Positions 1-14,995 of a DNA stretch of 64,000 bases are shown here, piece by piece; position 1 is the first letter of the stretch; every line of letters begins with the position of its first letter. The notes beneath the pieces are model-generated. The model ran no database searches, was not told the DNA's origin, and saw nothing but the letters and a program-made list of their open reading frames with translations. This stretch comes from Octopus vulgaris (lineage: Eukaryota). The DNA lies in the NCBI GenBank assembly GCA_951406725.2, contig OX597823.1:111290001-111354000 (forward strand), read 5' to 3'. The position numbers were made by a program, and so were the translations under genes.

Positions 1-505
1 GTTAGCAAGTTTGATAGGTGAACCAAAATATCTTGTCACATTTAGTTCAGTTCATGTTTTGTCCCTTTATGCCTAGGTGAACATTGCTTTTCATCTGTTA
101 TAAGGAGGCAAACTAAAATAACTCCCAAAGTACTGGCCTAGATATAATTGGTTGCAATTTGTCTCTGAAACCAGTGACATACCATAAAAAGATGTAAACA
201 TATATTCACTGGTCATCCATGAGTTAAGAGACAATATAATTTAATTGCCAAACTTATCGGTGGTCAAGTAATTTGTTGTAGCTGTTTGTTGTAATTAATT
301 GATGTCACCAGTCTATACTGCTAGTTGTTTTTCGAAGCGATAAGAAAGGCCTCTGCTGATGGAATTGCTAGAAATAACTGCTATATCTCAAATCATGTCT
401 AATGATATTAAAAAGAGAAACGTCACATTGGATGGTGTAATTGTAAGTGCAATGTAGATACGAAAATGAAGGTATGGTTATAACTGGAATGCTTTTCATA
501 ATATA

Positions 506-1072
506 TCCTTTTCTACTCTAAGCATAAGGCCCAAAGATTTTTAGAGAGGTGGCCAGTTGATTAGATCGACCCAGTACGCATCTAGTACTTAATTTATCGA
601 CTCTGAAAGGATGAAAGACAAAGTCAACCTCAGCGGATTTTGAACTCAAAACATAAAGACAGACGAAATACCTATTTCTTTACTACCCAAAAGGGGTTAA
701 ACACAGAGAGGACAAACAAGAACAGACAAAGGAATTAAGTCGATTATACCGACCCCAGTGCGTAACTGGTACTTATTTAATCGACCCCAAAAGGATGAAA
801 GGCAAAGTCGACCTCGGCGGAATTTGAACTCAGAACATAGCAGCAGACAAAATACCTATTTCTTTACTACCCACAAGGGCTAAACACAGAGGGAACAAAC
901 AAGGATAGACAAAGGGATTAAGTTGATTACATCAACCCTAGTGCATAACCGGTACTTAATTTATCGACCCCTAAAGGATGAAAGGCAAAGTTGACCTCAG
1001 CAGAATTTGAACTCAGACTGTAACAGCTACGCATTTCGCCCGGTGTGCTAACATTTCTGCCAGCTTGCCGCC
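506..1072 (-). mobile_element. Head-to-tail trimer of SINE family A (tRNA-like head, central GCCTTTCATCCTTTCGGGGTCGATAAATTAAGTACCAG domain)
   Basis: Three copies of the core, with junctions at 672/673 and 856/857 (184-bp middle unit). Only copy 857-1072 has the 5' head (GGCGGCAAGCTGGCAGAA). Box B-like GAGTTCAAA is present in each copy. Confidence 0.9.
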
Positions 1073-1744
1073 TTTTGATAATATATCCACTCAAATAGGG
1101 AATATTTAGAATGAGATGCAAAGTTAATTGATGTACCTGATTGTTGTAGAGTGACAGAGGGGGTGACTCACATAACTGAGAGGTACTTAATGTTGAGTGA
1201 ATCTTCATTTCCTTTCATCTATCTGACCACTGGATAGCATGAATTAAATAATTATCATTTCAAGGTTCTTGAGTTATTACTGCTGAGTATGTACAGGCAC
1301 ACATTGAAGCCATTGAGTAATACACTTGGAGTAATACTGGAACAGCTATGAATAGTCATGGCCCCTGATCATGTGAGACATCCTATATGTTGTTTCTCGT
1401 TTTGCCTGACATTTAGTCCTAGATCTGAAATGCTATCAAGGATTTACTGGATTTTTCCAAGTGGTCAATGCTGTTTGTAAAGCATCAAAACTTTGTGTAT
1501 TAGGGACTGCAATATCCAATGAATTTTATATTCTTTTAGATATTAGGGACCAGTGTTACAAGATCGTTGTCATAAGAAGTGATGCAAAATGTCTCTAAAG
1601 GAGCAGATGATTACAGAAGAGAGACCAAAATAAAAGTATAAAAGTTTGGTATTAAATTAATTATGTGCATATGTATGCATGTGTGTGTTTTGTGTATGTG
1701 CGTGTGTGTGTAAAATATACATAGACACAAACACACTCTATAAA

Positions 1745-2322
1745 GTGGTTGACACTAGGAAGGGTATCCAGCTGTAGAAACCACGCAAAAACAGACGTTG
1801 AAGCTCAAAACAGTCTTTGGAGATATGCTGTGCTTGAGAAGACCCAGCGAGCCAAGTGAGACAGTAACCATGGCCTATGCAAGTGCAGCATAACCATCCC
1901 GTTTAAGAGTACCCTTCAATCATTGGGTAATACACTATGCTGGCAAAGACCTGTTGAGCCAAGTGAAGTTGTCATAGTGGCTGAAGACATTACCACCTGA
2001 CTGGTCCTGTGTCGGTGGCATATAAAAAGCACCATTCGAGCATGATCATTGCCAGTGCCACCTGACTGGCTCCCATGCTGGTGGCACATAAAAGGCACCA
2101 TTCAAGCATGGCTGATGACAGTATTGTCTGACTGGCCCTCATGTTAGTGGCACATAAAAAGCACCCACTACACTGGTTGGTGTTAGGAAGGGCATCCAGC
2201 CATAGAAACATTGCCAGATCAGATTGGAGCCTGGTGTAGGCTTCTGGTTTGCCAGCCCTCAGTCAAACCATCGAACCCATGCCAGCATGGAAAGCAGACG
2301 TTAAATGATGATGATGATAATG

Positions 2323-2387
<65 letters not shown>
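1745..2387 (+). mobile_element. Family D retroposon (RTE-type 3' tail ending GGAAAGCAGACGTTAAATGATGAT) with internal ~65-bp tandem repeats and (ATT)n tail
   Basis: The TAGGAAGGGCATCCAGC...AACCCATGCCAGCATGGAAAGCAGACGTTAAA(TGA)n end recurs at 5198-5330(-), 20770-20824, 21165-21281, 62030-62075 and 62472-62640. Three GGTGGCACATAAAAAGCACC units lie at ~1993-2165. Confidence 0.8.
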
Positions 2388-3094
2388 CTAAAAGAATAAA
2401 AATGATTTAAAGTTAGGGTTTATTTTACAAAATTCTCAATGAGAAATCATGTTAGGAAGTAAGCAATATTATAATTTAGGAGAGTCATTTTGTCAACAAT
2501 AAGACATGCACTGAATGTGGTTCACTTCATTATTGTTAATTAAATTAATGAATAATTAATTAATAATAAAGAAGTGTAGCAAGTGCACGTATTTTCATTA
2601 GCACAACACTCAAAAAGTACAATTGAATTTTATTTCTCTTCAAAGTTTCCATAGCATTAATACAAACAACAACAACAACAACAACAACAACAAATACATC
2701 ATATGTAAATAATACATAGTTTTATTTCATTATTTATTTATTGGTACATTGCTGCTGGGAATTATGGAGCTGTTACAGGTGGTGGTAGTGTTGGGTTTTG
2801 CCCATTTTGATTTTCAATTCAGAAATCCGGTACCTGTCAGTGAGAGATTTAGAATTTCAATTGTTTATTGCCATAAATTTTTCATTTTATATTTACAAAA
2901 TCAAAAACAAAAATGTTTTCAGTATCAATGCTCAGTACATGGCAGTGTTTTGTGTGTGAATATATAGGTGTATATATGTAAATGTATATATATATATATA
3001 CATATGTATATGTTTATATATGTATATATATACATATGTATATGTTTATATATGTATGTATATATATATATATTTACATATCTATATTATTATC

Positions 3095-3149
<55 letters not shown>

Positions 3150-3281
3150 TTCGCAGACTTTACCACAATGGGTTAGGGCTCTCTATGATGGTAACATGTG
3201 CAGAGGAAGATTAGGCTATCATGCCAGTCCAGAAACCAATCCAAGGGAGTGCAAATACTTGAATGTATCCCGAGAGATTGT

Positions 3282-3321
<40 letters not shown>

Positions 3322-3540
3322 CATATATATATGTGTGTGTGTGTATACTTTATTTAAGGGTTAAGGCTACCATTGGTTTCATGTTATGAGAGAAATCACT
3401 TAACAATTATCAAATCTGCCACATGGAAGATAGTAAGGAATTTCTGCCTTAACATGAAGTCAAAGGTAGCCTTAAGTCACAAATAAAATTTTTTCCTCCA
3501 CCAATGCAGTGGTGATCATTCATTCTCATTGTTTGATATG

Positions 3541-3583
<43 letters not shown>

Positions 3584-4100
3584 ACACACTCACACACACA
3601 CACACACACACACTCACACACACACACATACACATATATATTATTTTTGGAGATGATAAGAATTTAGAAACATTTCAAAGACCACAAAATAATTCTTTTT
3701 TTAGAACAGGGACTCTTGAACTGCATAAACCTATAAATAATAGCATGTAAATATTGTGATAAAAAAAGTCCCTTAAAATGAAAAAGTCAGAGGCTGGATA
3801 AGTTTCTTCTCTATCTATTTTAGAAATTTCAAACTGTAATAAGAATTCTTATATAGGATTGCTCATTCGAAACAGCTGTAAAGTATGTATATTGTCTTAG
3901 CAAATTTTCGTAGAAATACATTTTATATGCTTGCTGTTGATTATTAACTAACTTTGTATTTCTGTGTCTTCACAAATTCATTTGCTCTACTCAAAATTCT
4001 AACTCTAGTCCAGCTCAACAGAATGAAGTATTTGGAATTTAAAATTCTGATTGCTCTGAGTAGTGCAATGTTACTCCTAAAATCAGATTTTATCATACAT

Positions 4101-4155
<55 letters not shown>

Positions 4156-4215
4156 TTATTCACATATATATGTATGTGCATATATATATGATATATAATC
4201 ATGTATATATATATG

Positions 4216-4271
<56 letters not shown>

Positions 4272-4479
4272 TATATGTATGTGTATATATATATATACAT
4301 GTGTATATATATATATATATATACATGTATATATATATACACATACATATATGTACATATATATATGTATATACGTACATATATATATATTTATATATAT
4401 ACATGTATATATATAAATATATATATATATATGTACGTATATACATATATATATGTACATATATATATGTACATATATG

Positions 4480-4520
<41 letters not shown>

Positions 4521-4780
4521 ATTTTTTATTTCCTTCTTTTTGTGTCCAAGCTATGCTGTTGCATTTCATGCTCAATCTCTACTGTAAATTTGTACCCTTC
4601 CCATCGCCCTCTTATATGATTGATTTCTTCTGCGTGGTGGGATTTCATATCTCCACTCTTGCATGTGCTCTTCTTTTTTCAGGTTGTTCGCTCACTTCTT
4701 CTACGAGGGACTTTATATAGACATATACATGTATGCACAAATACAAACAAAGTCAACACACACACATGTTTTTGTTCTAC

Positions 4781-4865
4781 TTTTACTTGCTTTAGTCATT
4801 AGACTGCAGCCTTACAGGGGCACTGCCTTCAAGAATATTTTGTCAATTGAATTAACCCAAGTGCT

Positions 4866-4904
<39 letters not shown>

Positions 4905-5105
4905 TATAGATATAACCAGTTTCTTTTAGTTTGCATCAACCAAATCCACTCATATGTTGTTGGTTAGCCCAAGGACATTAGACAGTGCTTCCCACACTCT
5001 TTCGGGCTGCTGCCCCCTTGACACCCACTTTAGGAACCACTGCCATAATAGGAGGCACATGCCCAGGGTTCTATACACTGGGGCTGAACTTGGAATCAAA
5101 TGGTT
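4781..5105 (-). mobile_element. Degenerate SINE family B copy interrupted by (TA)n and a 60-bp mini-MITE
   Basis: Matches the family B 3' end (ttttacttg...gtcatt.gactgc.gcc) and 5' part (ccaaatccactca...tgcccagg...ctgaact). Confidence 0.7.
4983..5042. mobile_element. 60-bp hAT/Charlie-like mini-MITE
   Basis: Termini are CAGTGCTTCCCA ... TAGGAACCACTG (rc CAGTGGTTCCTA). It interrupts a SINE B copy. The 8-bp flanks ACATTAGA/CCATAATA match at 5/8 positions. Confidence 0.55.
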
Positions 5106-5992
5106 GATGGCATTTTATCTCTCTCTTCTCTTTCATTATACAGACAAACACACACACACATATATTTTTATATATACTCACATAAATAGTTCAATATCAT
5201 TTAATAGTATCCGTTTTCCATGTTAGCATGGGTTGAATGGCTTGATAGGTGCTAGCAAGCAAGGGGAAATGTGTCCAGTGTTACTGCCAGATTTGGCATG
5301 GTTTCTAGAGCTGGATGCCCTTCCTAATGCACACACATACACACAAACAAATATACTCATATATTCACACAGATATAAGGGAATGCACACACATAAATAC
5401 GATGTTCATTATTAAAGTTGCTTAATCCGCTTTTATATGTGTAGGTTTATAAATAAATGTGATTGTATGTGTTTGTGTTCGTGTGTGTGTGCAAGTGTCT
5501 CTCTCTCTCACACACACTCTCTCTCTCTCTTTCTCTCTGTAGATATATATATATATATATATAGGTAAAAGTAAAGTAAGCAAGTTAGACTGATGAAAAC
5601 ATTCCTTTAAAGCCTCAAATCAACATTCTCTTCCTTGAAGACAGAGATTCATCTCATCATATGATGGAATCAATCTACAAACATTATTATACATCAACAA
5701 GCCCTCAGAAACAGCTGTTGGATTTGTAATACTGTTCCGCATCCTCTTTAATTCTCTATATCATTTCTATTCTGTGTAAGATGGATCTTTTTATACGTAT
5801 ATATGTATACATTTTTTGTTTTTTATGCATTTAATAAACTTTACATATTAATCTGTCTAACTTGTTTTCCCTGTATTTACTGCTATACCCACACACGTTT
5901 AAATCTCTTGGGCACTACTAACTGTATCGTATATGAAGAACATTTGACTCTCATCTATGAACTAAATATATATATGTATATATATATATATG

Positions 5993-6049
<57 letters not shown>

Positions 6050-6075
6050 GTGTATACATGTATGTATATATATAG

Positions 6076-6106
<31 letters not shown>

Positions 6107-6122
6107 GATATATATTTATATG

Positions 6123-6156
<34 letters not shown>

Positions 6157-6218
6157 TATATGTATGTATATATGCATGTGTGTATATATGTATGTATGTA
6201 TGTCTATATATATATATG

Positions 6219-6309
<91 letters not shown>

Positions 6310-6776
6310 TCTTCCATGAGTTTCAGTTCAAGACCTGTAACCATGTGGGGGCATTGCTGTTAGCAAAATCTGTTATGTGACATGTAGTGAATGAGGGAAT
6401 TTGATGCTGCTATCCCAATGTGTGTTTCCTGCAATGAGGTTGGTTCATCTGGAAGTCTTGACAGGAAAAGATCCAGTTTTTTAAAATATATATACTTATG
6501 TATATCTGTCATTTGACAGTAGTCCTGCTGGCACACTGTCTTAAGGGCTTTAGGTTGAAGAAACCCACACTAGGACACTTATTTTTGTAAGCTTAGTACT
6601 TATTCCATTGTTAATCAGTTACGGAGACATAAAAACACTGAAATTGGCTGTCAAGTGATTGTGCAGGAACAAATACAGACATAAAGACACACACACATAA
6701 ATATATGTATATGGCCTGGGCCAATAATGGCCGAAACCTATCAAAGTATCAAAGTATATATATATATATATATATA

Positions 6777-7010
6777 TATTTCTTTACTACTTACAAGGAG
6801 CTAAACATAGAGGACGGGACAAACAAGGACGGACAAACGGATTAAGTCGATTACATCGACCCCAGTGCGTAACTGGTACTTAATTTATCGACCCCGAAAG
6901 GATGAAAGGCAAAGTCGACCCCGGCGGAATTTGAACTCAGAATGTAATGGCAGACGAAATACGGCTACGCATTTCGCCCAGCGAACTAACGTTTCTACCA
7001 GCTAACCGCC
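6777..7010 (-). mobile_element. SINE family A, full-length
   Basis: Has head, box B-like GAGTTCAAATTCC, central domain and GTAGTAAAGAAATA tail; homologous to 857-1072 and 56256-56486. Confidence 0.9.
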
Positions 7011-7333
7011 TTCATATATATATATATATATACACACACAAATACATATATGTGTGTGTACTTATATATACATATATATGTATATGTATACTGATATATA
7101 TGTATATATATATATATTTATATTTATAGTAATGAATATGTAAACAAATTTATGTATAGATACATCTACACACATATGCACACACACACATGTATATATG
7201 TGTGCACACATATATACACATGTATGAACATCTATTAGGTAGTGTATTAAGTTAGACATGGCCTGGGCCAATCTTTGGTTGAAACATATCTATGTTTATC
7301 TAAGTTTAAATATGTATATCTATATGTATGTAC

Positions 7334-7382
<49 letters not shown>

Positions 7383-7385
7383 TGT

Positions 7386-7728
7386 AAAAGGTAAAGACCC
7401 CCTTTGGTCATGAATGACTATGGGATTGCACCTAGAAAGTTACCCTCCTAGACACAAGTCCGGGCAAGGTTGTTTATGGAAGGCCAGCAGTCACCCATGC
7501 ATACCAGCTTCCCCTCTCCACGCCACCAGTGTTATCCAAGGGAAAGGCAAAGGGGCCCATACAGCTTGGCACCAGTGACGTCGCAAATCATTTCTACAGC
7601 TGAGTGAACTGGAGCAACGTGAAATAAAGTGCCTTGCTCGAGAACACAACACACAGCCCGGTCCAGGATTCGAGCTCACAACCTCACGATCATAAGCTCG
7701 ACGCTCTAACCACTGAGCCATGCGCCTT

Positions 7729-7729
<1 letters not shown>
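7386..7729 (-). mobile_element. SINE family C (tRNA-derived head, V-SINE-like central domain, TTTACCTTT tail)
   Basis: The rc reads GGCGCATGGCTCAGTGGTTAGAGCG (box A) ... GAGCTCGAATCC (box B) ... TTCTCGAGCAAGGCACTT...CCAGTTCACTCAGCTGTAGAAATGA. Flanked by (TA)n. The V-domain assignment is from recall. Confidence 0.85.
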
Positions 7730-7812
<83 letters not shown>

Positions 7813-7906
7813 AGGTATAATATATATATGTATATACATAAACATGTATATATATATATGTATATATGCATATATATATAATATATAGATAGATAGATAT
7901 ATCCTC

Positions 7907-7991
<85 letters not shown>

Positions 7992-8045
7992 CATATATAC
8001 ATACATAGGAATATATATATATATATATGAGTATAGATGGATAAA

Positions 8046-8116
<71 letters not shown>

Positions 8117-9022
8117 GTTTTCTATATGCTGCTTTCTCAGTTTTCTCATGCTTCTTCCCCTATTCAATAATTTTTTAGTTTATTGTGGTATATGGTTTGT
8201 ACCTAATGAATATATTTGAGATATTTCTCAAAATATGAAGTTATCTGTAGCACTTAAAGACATGTATTGTGTCCTTTAAATAAATAATATTTTCCACTCA
8301 CCAGATGAAGTATTTTTTGATCTTTCAATCACAGAACATTACTATATCTTTTATGGTTTGTCTTTTACTTGTTTCATCATTCCAACTGTGGCTATGCTGG
8401 GACACTGTCTATAAAAACCTTATTTGTACAATTTTTGTTTTTTTAAACCTGGTATTTATTTTATCAGTAACCCTTTGCTGAACTTCTAAGTTACTCAGTT
8501 GTAAGCACACCATCACTGGCTGTCATGTGGAGTGTAGGTGGAATAAAACATACGCAAAAACACATGCACACACATACACACACATGCAGACACTCACATA
8601 CAACGTGTAGTTACCATTACTAGATCCTCTCACAACCGTTGGGTGGAGTCAGACACTTATTCAAGGTGCCATGCTCTAGGACTGAAACTGGGACTATGTG
8701 GGTGGGAAGCAAATTCTTCCCACACTGACCCACCTATACAAACACACACACACACACACGTGTGCATGTGTATTTGCATGCATGTGAACATGCAGGCTGG
8801 TGTACATGTGCATTTGCATGCATGTGTGATTCCTGTACTGTTTGAATTTGAAAGGCAAGGAGTTGATCAAAAACCTAGGGTTGAAACACAAATGTTAGTT
8901 TAAAATCACTGCCTACACACCAGTACCTAGGAACATATGCACACATTAATAGAGGCTGAAGTTGTGTGAAAATATAGTTTCTATACACATATAGGCAGGT
9001 CTGTGACTACACATGTATGTGG

Positions 9023-9058
<36 letters not shown>

Positions 9059-9085
9059 GTGTGTCTATATATATGTATGTACATG

Positions 9086-9139
<54 letters not shown>

Positions 9140-9391
9140 TGTCAGTGTTTGTGCGCACAGGACTGAGCTTCTATTTATTTTTCTTAAGCATTGTTAACTG
9201 ACCATAAGAGTAAAAGCTGTGTTCATATTGACGTTTTTTTGTAAAACATAGGAACAGATACACAGACACAGAAATAAAAATGTCTGAAGCTCATACATAC
9301 AGTTACATACTTACACATATGCTGTTATATCTTTACATATATTCACATATATATAACTATATGTGTGTATATATACTTGTATATATGTATA

Positions 9392-9461
<70 letters not shown>

Positions 9462-9698
9462 TAGATAGATAGATAGATACATCCCTCTGTACGTGCATAT
9501 ACACAACACACACATATAGACACACACATATATGTAAGTATAAGGGTGTGTTCCTAAACCTGCCTTAGTCTTTTTTCTATAAATTTGAGCTATGTATATA
9601 TATATATATATATTTGTATATATATATATGTGGGTATATATATATGTATATATATATATATATATGTGTGTATATATATATATATATACATACATATG

Positions 9699-9731
<33 letters not shown>

Positions 9732-10293
9732 GTATGTATATACATATACGTATATCTGCATACGAAACAATAATACATATTTTTGTATATAGAAATGTAA
9801 TATGTATATACATATGCACATACTCCCATATATTTACACATTACACAATTTTGTAGCTATCTACATGTGCATACACACACACACTATTATAATGACATAT
9901 ATATGTAAGTATATACATATACATAAATGCCCAAAAATGTACTTTAGCATTCTTACATACACACTTATACATCAATATACATAGATGTACACAAGTCCCA
10001 TACAAAATACATACTATATATGCACATCTACATAAAACTACACATACATTCATATATATATATATATATGTGTATGTGTGGCTGTATGTGTTTGTATATA
10101 CTCATATATGTATGCATATATACTTATATATATATATGATTACATATAGATATATTCATGTGCATATATATATGTATATATATATATATGAATACTTATA
10201 TGCATATATGCACAAATCTATACATATATATGCATACATATATGCATATATACATAAATGTATGTATATATATGCATATTTTATATATATACA

Positions 10294-10339
<46 letters not shown>

Positions 10340-10569
10340 AAATATCTGTGTGTGTATGTATGTATACATGTGATGCACACACACACACACATATATATAT
10401 ATATTTGTGTGTGTCTGTGTGTCTGTGTCTATGTCTCTGCCTCTGTGACTTTTCCATTTTTCGTGAAAGTTAAACTAATACACCTTGTTTGTTGTTCTAT
10501 TACCTGTTTCTTCCATATTTTGTTTTTTTTGCAGTTTGAACTATATACATACATACATACGTACATACA

Positions 10570-10605
<36 letters not shown>

Positions 10606-10652
10606 TATATATATGTACACACACACATATACATGCACACACATACACACAC

Positions 10653-10683
<31 letters not shown>

Positions 10684-10849
10684 CATATATATGTGTGCAT
10701 GTATTTGTGTGTGTGTATATATATATATCCTTTCGAACACACATGTCCATATGCAGTCATATAGAAGATTGAATCACACACACACACACATACATAAGCA
10801 TACACAGTTGTATACACATACACACACTGCAAACATGCTCCACATACTC

Positions 10850-12350
10850 TTTTGTGCTTTCCTTGATTCTTCCAGTCCCAAATTTTTCCTTCTTTCTTTC
10901 CTTTCCTTCTCTATCTTATCTTCTGTTCTTTCCTTCCTCATTTACTCCATCATTTTCTTATAACCTTTATTTTGACAAATCCTTCTTCAGTGTGTCATTC
11001 ATTCACCATCCCATTTCTTTCTTATATCCTTCTTTATTTCTCTTCTCTCCTCTTTCTCATCTTCACTCATTCACTATCTCTTTTTCACAGATTTTTTCTT
11101 CCCTCCACTCATGAATTCTTCTGTTCTTTACGAGGCATTTTATGTTTTATTTTTATATTCTTATCCACTTTCACTTTCACATTTTTCTTTCCTTCTTTCA
11201 TTTTCCTTCCAGCTCTTCTGTGTCTACTCCCTTCATTCTTTAATTTTTTTATTCTCATTCCACCAATATTTTTCATACCATTCTCTCACTCCTTCAGTCT
11301 TTCACATAATCTTTCCGCAGATTTTCTTCCTAAATATTTTATTTTGTTTTTTAAATTATTTTCTTTTTCTTATACGTTTTTCTTTCATCGGTTATCTTTA
11401 TTATGTGTAATCATTATTCTTGATTTTCATTCATCAAACTCTTGTACCCTCTTTTTCTTTAAATCTTTCCTATATTCATTCATCCAATTTTTTCTTCCTT
11501 CCCACTAATGAAATTATTCAATCAGTCACAACTATTTTATCATTCATTTATTCATCACATCACTTTCAATCTTTCATTCTCTCAATTATTTCTTCATCTA
11601 GTCATTATTTTAACATTCCATATATTTTAAACACTTTATACCCATTTATCTTTTTATTCCCCTTCTTCTCTATCACTAATTCTTTCTTTCACATTTTCAT
11701 TCTTTCTTTCTTTATTGTTAGCTATCTATTTATTTTTCTAATCTCTCCCCATCGTTTTTTTCTCTTTAGTTCTTTTCTATTCCTTCTTTTTTCCCACTTT
11801 TCACTTCTTTAGTCATTCATTCAAGTTTTCCTTCTTTAAAAATTTTCTTTCCCCCTTCAATTTACTTATTTATTTTTTATTTTCTTTTTCTTTTTACTCA
11901 CCTACTTTTATTTTTCTTCCTTCCTTCTTTTACTCCATCCATTTTCGTCCTTCCTTCTCATTTACACAATGTTTCATCTCTTTTTTCATTCTTTCATTAT
12001 CTTTCTTCATCCCCATTATTTTCTTTTCTCCCTCCCCCCTCTCTCTCTAATATTTACCAATCATTCCTTCTTTTTCTATCTTATATTCTTTCCTGTTCCT
12101 TGTCTCTCTATCTAACACTCACACCTATTCCATCCCTACCTATCTAATATTCACCTCACTTCCCACTTTGTCTCGTAATATTCATCCCTTATTCCCTCAA
12201 TCTATCTAATAGTTACCCCCTATTCCCTTTTGTTCATTCATTATTCATGCCTTATTGACTATCTGTCTATCTAATGTTCACCACCTCTTCTATTCCTGTC
12301 TATCAAATACTTATCTACTCTATCCTTTATTTTTTCTTTTTCCCTCACAC
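10850..12350. repeat. Pyrimidine-rich (T/C) low-complexity tract
   Basis: About 1.5 kb strongly depleted of G on the + strand, with no periodic unit. Confidence 0.8.
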
Positions 12351-12421
12351 TTACTACATACGAATGTAACTACATATAGGAAAAGTATATAAATATAAAC
12401 CTACAAACAAACACACATATA

Positions 12422-12461
<40 letters not shown>

Positions 12462-12755
12462 AAGAGAGAGAGAGAGAGAGTGGAGAGAGTGAAAGAGAGG
12501 GGAGATAGAAAGAAACTTATATGCACATGTATATAAACACCCAGACTTATATGAATATATATATATATATATACATTATATATATTCATATATGCATACA
12601 CACACATATACATACATTCATACAAAAATGCAGGTATATGTGTGTATGTGTGAATATACAAATATATGCATAGATATGCACATATATATATACATATGTA
12701 TATCTATATACATATATACTTATATATATGTGTGTATATACACACATGCATACAT

Positions 12756-12825
<70 letters not shown>

Positions 12826-14003
12826 GTATATATATATATATATATATATATAAATTATGTATGTATATAGATTGAGTTACTTCTACAAATGCAGTGTAGT
12901 GTGGAATTTTGAATTCCTAAATTTTTCACTGAATTTATTCTGCTAATGAGAAGTTTCATGTTGATTTGAGAGAAATGGCTCTCGGACACATGAAAAGCTT
13001 TGTAGAAACCCATAAAGTTGGGAAACTCTATTGCCTTTTACTTCGGCATCATATTGCATTAGTTATTGTTGTTGTTACTGTTCTACTTATTTTTCTTTTA
13101 CTCATTCTTCACTTTAATATTTTAATATTTGTTATTTGTTTTGTATTTTCAATTTCACAGATTTCGCAGTTTCTTTCATATAAATTTCTCAACTTTATAT
13201 TTATCTATTTATGATTCATATTATTTTATTTTTTTTATATTTTTATATTTTTGTGGAATATGTTCTCATGTCTTTTATTTTACAATATTTTACATTATTA
13301 CAATTTAGAGAAAATTTACAACGTAGAAATTTTCGCTAATTACAGATAGATATGTTAGCCTTTTTTACACTTTATTTTATTGTTCTGGTGTTATTGCCCT
13401 TGTTCTTTTTGTTGTTATTATCATTATCATCATCATTATTATTATTATTATTATTGATGTAATTGTTGTTGTGGTGCATGCTAATATTGTTGTTGTTGTA
13501 AGCTAAGGTCGTGTAAAAATTAGCACTTTATTGCCTTCAATAAGTGATATTTCTTTTTTCTTAACTTTGCGTATGTTTGAATATTCACATATAATTGAAT
13601 GTATTCAGGTGTGTGAATGTTTGTGAGAAAATACATGAGTGTATATGTGTGTGTTTGTGTGCATGTGTGTGTGTGTGCATGCATAGTGTGTATATAAATA
13701 TATACATAGATATAGATATGTGTATATACATGCATCTATTTGTAATGACATTGTGTATGTGCTTATGTGTGCATATATACATATATATATATATATATGT
13801 AGATGTGTGTGATACATGCATGCATATATATAATGCGTATATGGGAGGGAGGGGGATACAAGAAGTACATATAAACATAAATGTATTTAATTATGAGTGA
13901 AAGAAACATACAACAGCATGTAAAAATTCACATACATATGTATGTGTATATATATGTGTGTGTGTGTGTATGTATATATATGTGTGTGTGTATGTATATG
14001 CAT

Positions 14004-14037
<34 letters not shown>

Positions 14038-14045
14038 TGTATATG

Positions 14046-14090
<45 letters not shown>

Positions 14091-14961
14091 GTATATATAT
14101 GTGTATATATATATATATATATATAAATATATATTTGTTATACAAGAATCTTATCGACAGTGACTTCTAAGTTTTGGCCACCACAATTTTACACAAGCAT
14201 GCAGTCCGATGATGGCTTATCTGGCTGAAACTTCAAATTCACTGTCAACAACATTCTCATATAAGAATAAATAAATAAATAAATGGATATATATATATAT
14301 ATAGACAGTCAGACAGACAGACAGAGTGACAGACAGATAGATAGATAGATAGATACACATAAATAAATGTGTTTGTGTATAACATGTATGGTATTTTATG
14401 TATGTCCATTGCCCCATAAACCTCAGGAAATTGAATATAAAATCATAGAAAATTTATGAAGTAAATATATGCAACAAACTAGGTATCTATAAGTGTGTGT
14501 GTAAGAGTGGACACACAAACACACACACTCATACACACACACACTCATACACACACACACACTCATACATACACACACTCATACATACACATACATGTCT
14601 GTACCTATGTGCATTTGTCTGTATAAATATATATGCATATATATATATATATGTATATATGTATAAATGTATGTATATATGTATGTATATATGCATGTAT
14701 ATATCTATCTATCACTATATATATATACATACATACTTATATACATACATACACATATGTGCGTGTGCTTGTATGTGTGTGTGTAGGGCGTGTGCGGATG
14801 TTGTGCATGCATATATGTATACATGTCAGTATGTAGAGAGACAGATACAGATATACATTGCAAACACTTTTATAGTTTAGATTTATTCATACATATATAC
14901 ATGTATACATACAAAAATACATATAAATGTATATATATATACACACATATAGATATATACG

Positions 14962-14995
<34 letters not shown>

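Noticed and set aside
10854-11812. Phe/Leu/Ser-rich membrane-like ORFs
   Set aside because: These are a by-product of the pyrimidine bias, with overlapping frames equally open.
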